From Ignavibacteriota bacterium (GTDB lineage Bacteria > Bacteroidota > Ignavibacteria > UBA10030 > UBA6906): a stretch of DNA of 64,000 nt. The notes under the pieces are model-generated. The model saw nothing but the letters and a program-made list of their open reading frames with translations, ran no database searches and had not been told where the DNA came from. A program made the translations under genes and the position numbers. Shown piece after piece: positions 57,330-64,000 of the stretch (position 1 is its first letter; the number at the start of each line of letters is the position of its first letter). The stretch is taken from positions 477,033 through 541,032 of the forward strand of contig CAWJKM010000003.1 of the NCBI GenBank assembly GCA_963843525.1. The letters run 5' to 3'.

Positions 57330-60005
57330 ATGATGTCCTTCATGAATCCACTCGCAGAATTGTTTCGCAGGCCCTGGCTCTCCCTCGTTGCGATCTTCGT
57401 CGTGTTCGTTGCCTCGACGTCGCCGGGGCTGGCGGATACCCGGGGGAAGCTGGCCGGGAAGGCGGTCGACCAACAGGGGAATCCGGTGGTGGGGGCGAAT
57501 ATCGTGATCGTAGGGACTCAGTTGGGAGTGACTGCGGATATCAATGGCCGCTACGTCATCCTCAATGTGCCCCCCGGCGTATACGAAGTACGCAGCAGCG
57601 CCGTCGGGTACCAGGGAAGCGCGGTGCGTGAGGTCGTGGTCAGTTCCGGCCAAACGACGACGATCAACTTCACACTAAAGGAATCCGCCATCGAGACGGC
57701 TGAAATCGTCACAGTCGCTGAGCGGCCGTTGGTGGATACACGGCAGACGAGCTCCGTGGCGATCCTTGACCGGGAGGATATTCAGGCACTCCCTGTGCAA
57801 ACCCTCGCCGATATTGTGAATCTCCAGGCGGGAGTCGTGGACGGCCATTTTCGTGGCGGTAGGGCCGGAGAGGTTCAATATCAGGTCGACGGAGTCTCCG
57901 TCAACAATCCGTACGATAACTCTTCCATCCTCCAGCTTGACAGGTCAGTTTTACAGGAGGTGCAGGTCATTAGCGGAACGTTTGACGCGGAGTACGGCCA
58001 GGCAATGAGCGGCGTCGTCAACGCTGTGCTGCGCAGTGGATCCGAAGACCACTATGCGACATCGTTGGAAGTCTATGGAGGTGCTTACGCGGCGGGCCCG
58101 GGCGGGACCGAGACGTTCCCCCACTCGTCGCCGTCATTTCCTCCTGCAATCCAGAGCTTCACGGGTTCGATCAGCGGACCTGCCGGCATTCCTCATACGT
58201 CATTCCTGCTGAACCTCCGCCGGTTCGTGGACGAAGGCTATCTCTGGGGCACGCGTCGATTCGTCCCCACGGACCAGTCGGACTATTCGCAGCGTATCTT
58301 TCTGCCCTCCGGGGACAACAATGCCACCTCGATGAGCTTTCACCATGAATGGTCAGGCCAGTTCAAGATCAGCAATCGCTCGATTCCGGAAGTCCAGCTT
58401 TCCTATCAGGCGATCGGGGCGACGATACAGAGCAAAGGGTACAATTTTGGATACAGGTTCAATCCTGACGGGAGCAGAACCCAGAAAAATCAGTCGTTTG
58501 TCCATGGTTTTGATGTTACACAGACGCTTTCAGAAAAGTCGTTCTATACGGTGAGCGTCCGTCAGAACTATTTTCACTATACGGATTACGCGTTCGCCTC
58601 CGTCGACGATCCCCACTACCAGGCGGCGGGGGCGCCGCGTGGCGACCCCAACTACGAACTCGGAGCCGTCATCCAGGGGTACGATCTCGGGCGGTTCGAA
58701 CAGAAGACGAACGCCTTCCTGGTCAAGGCCTCGTTAACGCGTCAGGTCACACCCGACCACCTGTTGAAATTTGGGGCAGAGGGGGAATCATCGTTGATCT
58801 CGTTTGGCTCGCCCGGCACGCTGACTTCGGAAATCACCGGTCCGACTCAATCGCGCGTGTACGAGCTTCCCGATTCGCTCTCGCAAAATACGCGAACATT
58901 CTACCCGCGAGCCTTCGCGGTGTATGCGCAGGACCGCATGGAAGTGGCCGATATCCTTGTGCGTGCCGGGGTGCGATTTGAATACTACGATGCAAATTCG
59001 CAGATCCCCGGGGACCTCGCAAATCCAGCCAACACCATTGCCGGAGCCCCCGCTCCGCCGCCGAAAAGGACAACGAAGAAATATGCGCTGGCTCCACGCC
59101 TCGGCGTTTCGTATCCCATCACCGCAACCGGCGCGCTTTATTTTTCCTATGGCCATTTCTATCAAATGCCCGGACTTGGGAATCTCTACTCGAATTCGGA
59201 TTACTACATCCTCCGCAACCTTCAGTCGGGGAGCACATCCTACGGCGTAATGGGAAACCCCGACATCAAACCGGAGTTCACGACCCAATACGAGTTCGGC
59301 TTCAAAGAGCAGTTTGGGGGTTTCCTCGGTGTCGACCTCTCGACTTTCTACAAGGACATCCGGGATCTTCTGGGCGTGGAGTTCATCGATACGTATGCCG
59401 ATTCACGGTACGCGAGATTTACGAATGTGGATTTCGGGTCGGTGGTCGGATTCAAACTCTCAATCGATCAGCGGTTCACCCCATCGTTTCTTGTGTCTGT
59501 GGATTACACCTATCAGAACGCGGTTGGCAACTCGAGCGACCCGCGTGAGACGGCGGATCGTGCCGCCGCGGGTCAAGATTCGCGCCCGCGCGAAGAACCG
59601 TTCGACTGGGATCAGCGGCATACGCTCAATATTGCCGCCACATATGCGATCGAAGGGGACTTCAGCGTGACCGCAATTCTGCGGTACGGCAGCGGAAGCC
59701 CGTACACACCATCCATCGGGTCAGGATACGGTGCATCGCTGGAACGGAATTCCTCCTCCAAACCGGCATGGGTGGACGTCGATCTGCGCGCTGAGAAGTC
59801 ATTCTCCTACGGCCCGGTGACCTTGAATGCATTCTTCCGGGTCGTCAACCTCTTCGATGCCCGCTACGAAAACGGATTTGTCTTCAGCACAACCGGAACC
59901 CCATACTCTTCGTTGACTCCTCAATCCGATGCCGGACAGCTCCTCGATCCGTCCCGATTCGCTGCCCCTCGAAGGATTGAACTTGGCCTCGGCGTAACGC
60001 TGTAG
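57330..60005 (+). CDS. TonB-dependent outer-membrane receptor with N-terminal carboxypeptidase-regulatory-like domain
   Basis: Signal peptide, then …GKAVDQQGNPVVGANIVIVGTQLGVTADINGRYVILNVPPGVYEV… (CarbopepD_reg-like domain). Plug region …LDREDIQALPVQTLADIVNLQAGV… and a long beta-barrel. The C-terminus lacks the usual terminal aromatic residue, which lowers confidence. Confidence 0.65.
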   Translation: MMSFMNPLAELFRRPWLSLVAIFVVFVASTSPGLADTRGKLAGKAVDQQGNPVVGANIVIVGTQLGVTADINGRYVILNVPPGVYEVRSSAVGYQGSAVREVVVSSGQTTTINFTLKESAIETAEIVTVAERPLVDTRQTSSVAILDREDIQALPVQTLADIVNLQAGVVDGHFRGGRAGEVQYQVDGVSVNNPYDNSSILQLDRSVLQEVQVISGTFDAEYGQAMSGVVNAVLRSGSEDHYATSLEVYGGAYAAGPGGTETFPHSSPSFPPAIQSFTGSISGPAGIPHTSFLLNLRRFVDEGYLWGTRRFVPTDQSDYSQRIFLPSGDNNATSMSFHHEWSGQFKISNRSIPEVQLSYQAIGATIQSKGYNFGYRFNPDGSRTQKNQSFVHGFDVTQTLSEKSFYTVSVRQNYFHYTDYAFASVDDPHYQAAGAPRGDPNYELGAVIQGYDLGRFEQKTNAFLVKASLTRQVTPDHLLKFGAEGESSLISFGSPGTLTSEITGPTQSRVYELPDSLSQNTRTFYPRAFAVYAQDRMEVADILVRAGVRFEYYDANSQIPGDLANPANTIAGAPAPPPKRTTKKYALAPRLGVSYPITATGALYFSYGHFYQMPGLGNLYSNSDYYILRNLQSGSTSYGVMGNPDIKPEFTTQYEFGFKEQFGGFLGVDLSTFYKDIRDLLGVEFIDTYADSRYARFTNVDFGSVVGFKLSIDQRFTPSFLVSVDYTYQNAVGNSSDPRETADRAAAGQDSRPREEPFDWDQRHTLNIAATYAIEGDFSVTAILRYGSGSPYTPSIGSGYGASLERNSSSKPAWVDVDLRAEKSFSYGPVTLNAFFRVVNLFDARYENGFVFSTTGTPYSSLTPQSDAGQLLDPSRFAAPRRIELGLGVTL

Positions 60006-60017
60006 GAAGGTAAAGGC

Positions 60018-63000
60018 ATGGCGACACGAACTTTCATTTCTGCAATGCTGGTGATGATCTGTGCAACGGCGGCCGCACAACTTCCCCTGGCTCCGGTGGT
60101 CCCCAAGGATCAGCGTGGACGGAACGATGCAGAACGCTCCGGTACCCATGACGCCGGCAACATCCGCACGATTTTCTATAATTACGGGATGGTGGGGGAC
60201 TATCCCTCCGATCCGATCAACGTCGATCTCTCGATCTTTCATTCGGCGGAGGTGCCGAAGGGATCGGGGATGAACTACACGGACGGAATCACGCCATTCG
60301 TCCTCGCCGGCATCCGCGACGCGAGAGGCGACTCCGTGTTTATCATGGAAACGGGCTTTCGCGAACGGCAGGAACCCAGTCCCGTTACTGGAAAAACCAT
60401 GAGGTTCGAGCCGCGACCGGGTTTCTTTCGGGCCGACCCGACGATCAATGTCGGACGATCTGTTGCGATCAGCAACGATCCTCGAACCTGGCCCGACTCA
60501 TGGCCTGACAAACTCTCGGATTCGACTGACCCGGGATGGGCAGGAAGTTGGAACGGATACTTCGGGAAGCGTCCGAATGCAGACCAGGAAAGTTTCTCGG
60601 TCATGGATGATGACTATTACGACAAATGGAATTTCTCTCCCGATACGCGTGACGCGACGCGCCGAGGTCTCGGCCTCCGGGTCGAAGTCCGCGGTTTTCA
60701 GTGGGCGAACCCTCAAGCAACCAACGTGATCTTCTGGCACTACGACATCACGAACGAATCGACCACCGACTACGCTGATGACATCATTTTCGGGCTCTAC
60801 ATGGACTCCGGCGTGGGAGGCTCCGCATATTCCTGTGATGGCGTGGCGGAGTCCGACGATGACAACGCCTTTTTCGAGCGATCACCCGGATTGAACCTCA
60901 CCTATACGTGGGATAAATATGGTCACGGAGTCGATCTGCAAAGCGCCTGTGCACCGACTGGCTATCTTGGCTATGCCTACCTTGAAACCCCGGGGAATCC
61001 CTATGACCAGGTCGATAACGATGACGATGGGATTACCAACGAGAGGCGGGATAGCGGACCCGGACAATTCATCGTCGGGCAGGAAAACATCCGGGCCTAC
61101 GTTCAAGCTCACTACAATATGACCAACTTCGAAGCATTCTACGGAAAGCTTGAGAACCGTCCCGCGTTCAAGGCTGGTCGGTGGTGGACTGGAGACGAGG
61201 ACATGGACTGGGTCGCGGACTACGATGATGTCGGCGCAGACGGAGTAGCAGGAACCCATGATGCCGGCGAAGGCGACGGCATCCCGACCGACGGCGAGCC
61301 GGATTTCGACAGCAGGGACAAAGATGAATCGGATCAGATCGGTCTGACCGGGTTCAAAATGAACAGGATCAAAGGGCCTTCCAAGAACGATCCCGTGGAC
61401 GATATCGTCTTCTATGGTCTGTGGCCGCCGAAACTGTACAATCAGTTTACGGATCCGGTCGAGGCAAATCGGTATGACTCGCCCGTTGTCTTGAACTACA
61501 ACATCGCTTTTCTTTTCGCCTCAGGCACCTTCCGTCTTCCGGCCGGAGCGCATGAACGTTTCAGTCTGGCACTGGCGTACGGAGCCGATTTGAACGAACT
61601 CAGGACGCAGGTGAAGACTGTGCAACAGATCTACAACGCTAACTACCAGTTCGCCGTGCCGCCGCCTGCGCCAGTCGTGAATGCTGAGGCCGGCGATCAC
61701 TATGTGCGACTCACGTGGTCCGATTTCTCCGAACGGGCCATCAATCCCATAACACGGAACAATGAGTTCGAAGGGTATCGGATCTACCGCTCGACCGATC
61801 CCGAGTTCCGCGATCCCAAAGTCATTACGAATGCAAAGGGAACCGGGCCATTCGGCAATGGGAAACCTATCGCGCAGTTTGATCTGAAGAACGGCATCTA
61901 CGGATTCTCCAAGCAACAGATAGAAGGAGTGGCATACGATCTGGGGAACGACACGGGACTCATGCACTCCTATACCGACAGCCTGGTGAATAACGGCCAG
62001 GATTACTACTATGCTGTTTGTGCGTATGACCATGGCTCCGACTCGCTCGGGTTCTTCCCTTCGGAGAATTCCATTGCCGTGTCGCGAACGCTCCGGGGGG
62101 GGACAATCCTGCCCACAAATGTCGTTCTTGCACGGCCGGAGCCTTCAGTGCCCGGGTTCACGGCAGCGCGCACCGACAACGTCCGCCATACGGCAGGACC
62201 GGGGACAGCAGCAGTCCAACTCAAAGTCCTCGAGTCCCAGAAGGTTCCGGACGGCAAGACGGTCCAGATCAAATTTGATACGGACAACCCCGGCCACATT
62301 CACGCGGTGCGGTACCGCATGGTCGACAGCTCCAGCGGAAAAGACATCTTCAGCTTTGGTGCGGATTTCCACGGAGAAGGACGTGGACCGGTAGGACTAG
62401 GCATTCTTCCGATTATCAGCACTCCGGATTCCACATACGCGGACAGCGCGAGGACAGGTTTTGAGGCGGGCAGCCACGTTACGCTCGGGCTGCTAGTAAC
62501 GAACAAGGATCGAGACTCGATCGACATCCGTCGCCCCGGATATCCCGCCGATTTTTCCATTACATTTTCGCACGACGTTCTCGACACAAGCCTTCTGTCC
62601 ATAGTCAGTGACGCGGTCCCGGTCAAATTCCGTATCACGGCGCAGACTTCCAGCGGGACAATGAGGCTGCCGTTCTATTTTCACGACGCGAACGGCGACA
62701 GCACAATGAGTGTGTTCGGTGATTTTATCGATATTGTCACGTACACGCCGGGGAGCAGGCAGGCAAGAGTCACGTGGCGCGTCGAAGTCGATACGTCCGG
62801 TCAGTCTTCACGCGGGCCTCTGGTGTTGCCGACAGACGGTGATGTCTTCTCCGTCGGATTGGCAATCCCCGTCAGTTACGATGACGTCTTCAGTTACGTT
62901 ACCACAGGGCAATCCGTGTCAACAGGCCTTGCGAGGAGTCAATACGTGAACGGACCCTACGTTGTGCCGAATCCTTACGTCGGAGCAGCGAGTTTTGAAC

Positions 63001-63257
63001 CCGAACGATTCGCGATTACGGGACGGGGCGACCGGAGGATGGAATTCCGGAATTTGCCGGTGGGAGCCACCGTGCACATCCTTTCAGTTCGCGGAGACCT
63101 TGTGCAGACCCTGCACCAGGACGGATCGACAAGCGGGACGGTACCTTGGGATCTCAGGACCAAGGACAATCTTGATGTCGCGCCCGGATTGTATATCTAC
63201 CAGGTGGAGGCTCCGGGCTTCACAGCATTCATCGGAAAGTTTGCCATCATCAAATAG
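60018..63257 (+). CDS. Large secreted protein with Asp-rich calcium-binding repeats and a probable T9SS-type C-terminal domain
   Basis: Signal peptide MATRTFISAMLVMICATAAAQ. DNDDDGITNERRD and DYDDVGADG…DGIPTDGEPDFDSRDKDESD resemble thrombospondin-type-3-like Ca-binding motifs. C-terminal ~90 aa (…VPNPYVGAASF…LYIYQVEAPGFTAFIGKFAIIK) resembles T9SS / FlgD-Ig-like sorting tails. Function unknown. Confidence 0.55.
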   Translation: MATRTFISAMLVMICATAAAQLPLAPVVPKDQRGRNDAERSGTHDAGNIRTIFYNYGMVGDYPSDPINVDLSIFHSAEVPKGSGMNYTDGITPFVLAGIRDARGDSVFIMETGFRERQEPSPVTGKTMRFEPRPGFFRADPTINVGRSVAISNDPRTWPDSWPDKLSDSTDPGWAGSWNGYFGKRPNADQESFSVMDDDYYDKWNFSPDTRDATRRGLGLRVEVRGFQWANPQATNVIFWHYDITNESTTDYADDIIFGLYMDSGVGGSAYSCDGVAESDDDNAFFERSPGLNLTYTWDKYGHGVDLQSACAPTGYLGYAYLETPGNPYDQVDNDDDGITNERRDSGPGQFIVGQENIRAYVQAHYNMTNFEAFYGKLENRPAFKAGRWWTGDEDMDWVADYDDVGADGVAGTHDAGEGDGIPTDGEPDFDSRDKDESDQIGLTGFKMNRIKGPSKNDPVDDIVFYGLWPPKLYNQFTDPVEANRYDSPVVLNYNIAFLFASGTFRLPAGAHERFSLALAYGADLNELRTQVKTVQQIYNANYQFAVPPPAPVVNAEAGDHYVRLTWSDFSERAINPITRNNEFEGYRIYRSTDPEFRDPKVITNAKGTGPFGNGKPIAQFDLKNGIYGFSKQQIEGVAYDLGNDTGLMHSYTDSLVNNGQDYYYAVCAYDHGSDSLGFFPSENSIAVSRTLRGGTILPTNVVLARPEPSVPGFTAARTDNVRHTAGPGTAAVQLKVLESQKVPDGKTVQIKFDTDNPGHIHAVRYRMVDSSSGKDIFSFGADFHGEGRGPVGLGILPIISTPDSTYADSARTGFEAGSHVTLGLLVTNKDRDSIDIRRPGYPADFSITFSHDVLDTSLLSIVSDAVPVKFRITAQTSSGTMRLPFYFHDANGDSTMSVFGDFIDIVTYTPGSRQARVTWRVEVDTSGQSSRGPLVLPTDGDVFSVGLAIPVSYDDVFSYVTTGQSVSTGLARSQYVNGPYVVPNPYVGAASFEPERFAITGRGDRRMEFRNLPVGATVHILSVRGDLVQTLHQDGSTSGTVPWDLRTKDNLDVAPGLYIYQVEAPGFTAFIGKFAIIK

Positions 63258-63259
63258 CC

Positions 63260-64000
63260 ATGGGAAAACGTATTATGCATGGTCCTCAGTGCAAGAGCCC
63301 GTCGGTGCGTCATGTCCGGCTCGGGCTTGTCGTTGCTCTCTGGGCGACGTTGCTGACCCCATTGAAGGGTGACCTCCTGGCGCAAACGAAGACGGGGACG
63401 ACCATCGGACAATTCACGCTCATCGATCCGAGCGCGAGAAGTGCCGCCATGGGTGGTGCAGGGGTGACCTCCTCAACTGAAGCATTTGCTTCCTTCTATA
63501 ACCCCGGTGCCCTGGGTGCATTGACGTCCACCGACCTTCAGTTTTCTTACAATGCATGGTTCGCGGGAATCAACCTAAACTACGCCGCCGCCGCATTTTC
63601 TCTGGGAAGTTGGGGGAATACGTCTGTCATGGTGACCAGTCTGAATTCAGGAGACATCAACGTCACCACCGTGGAACAACCTCTCGGCACCGGGGAAAAG
63701 TATTCGGTCAATGACCTTCTCATTGGTTTAGGGTATGGAATAAGGATCAGCGATCGATTTACCTGCGGGCTCCAGGTCAACTATGTGAGCGAAAGAATCT
63801 GGCATAGCAGTATTTCTACCTTTGGATTCAATATCGGGACGCTGTATCAACTCTCCCCCAATGGCCTTCGGATTGGTGCCAGTCTCACCAATTTTGGATT
63901 CAAGGGGCGCTTCGACGGCACCGACATTCGAATACGCTACGATATCGATCCGACGCGCTATGGGGACAACAGCAGCGTCCCGGGAGAAATCCTTACGGAT
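63260..64000 (+). CDS. PorV/PorQ-family outer-membrane beta-barrel protein (T9SS-associated), 3' end beyond the window
   Basis: Own translation of the frame opening at ATG 63260: signal peptide, then …GTTIGQFTLIDPSARSAAMGGAGVTSSTEAFASFYNPGAL…. This matches the conserved PorV-family N-terminal motif (G-T-x-x-x-x-F-L-x-I-x-x-x-A-R-x-x-A-M-G-G-A…NPAGL). The frame is open to the window end. Confidence 0.55.
   Translation, partial: MGKRIMHGPQCKSPSVRHVRLGLVVALWATLLTPLKGDLLAQTKTGTTIGQFTLIDPSARSAAMGGAGVTSSTEAFASFYNPGALGALTSTDLQFSYNAWFAGINLNYAAAAFSLGSWGNTSVMVTSLNSGDINVTTVEQPLGTGEKYSVNDLLIGLGYGIRISDRFTCGLQVNYVSERIWHSSISTFGFNIGTLYQLSPNGLRIGASLTNFGFKGRFDGTDIRIRYDIDPTRYGDNSSVPGEILTD

Noticed and set aside
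57330-63257. Expectation of a SusC/SusD pair
   Set aside because: The gene after the TonB-dependent receptor is a 1079-aa Asp-rich secreted protein, not a ~500-aa TPR-like SusD. The locus is therefore described as PUL-like but not a canonical Sus system.
1-64000. Search for tRNA/rRNA genes, transposases, integrases or toxin-antitoxin pairs
   Set aside because: No cloverleaf-compatible segments with conserved T-loop/anticodon features, no rRNA-like stretches, and no DDE/tyrosine-recombinase-like ORFs were seen. Intergenic space is almost fully accounted for by the features listed.

Overview
This high-GC window is almost entirely coding and mostly plus-strand. Several cargo genes end in recognisable type IX secretion (T9SS) C-terminal sorting domains and a PorV-like gene closes the window, so I infer the source is a T9SS-bearing member of the Fibrobacteres-Chlorobi-Bacteroidetes (FCB) group or a related lineage. 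No rRNA, tRNA, CRISPR array, transposase or integrase was found.

Bases 1 to about 47100 form a large composite Wzx/Wzy-type surface-polysaccharide locus. It carries two initiating polyprenyl-phosphate phosphoglycosyltransferases and a third, apparently dead copy fused to a GT2 domain. It has two Wzx-like flippases, with a third just downstream. It also encodes a Wza-like exporter, a Wzz-like co-polymerase, a Wzy-like polymerase and many GT2/GT4 transferases. Sugar-precursor genes include a CDP-glucose cassette (rfbF, an SDR and three paralogous zinc-ribbon C-methyltransferase-like genes), a WbpO/WbpP-like dehydrogenase/epimerase pair, a DegT aminotransferase with a Dpm1/ArnC-like GT2, and an AsnB-like amidotransferase. 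An rmlC-like/rmlB pair is present twice, with reciprocal decay of the copies, flanking the dehydrogenase/epimerase pair. Two large paralogous T9SS-secreted proteins (an about 600-aa glycosidase-like module plus CBM plus T9SS tail) sit inside the locus.

Downstream lie accA, a hotdog thioesterase and nadC, then a third flippase-like gene. After that comes a striking array of about nine tandem copies of an 80-bp doubly-hairpinned repeat. Then come a DUF1385 gene with prfA, a LacI-family regulator with twin palindromic operators, a T9SS protein with CBM9-like modules, a TonB-dependent receptor, a large Ca-binding T9SS-type protein and a 3'-truncated PorV-like gene.

A four-helix-bundle (23S-rRNA-intervening-sequence (IVS) type) gene is bracketed by heptamer-based inverted repeats. 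An 'empty' palindrome built from the same CAGTNNA heptamers lies 2 kb downstream.
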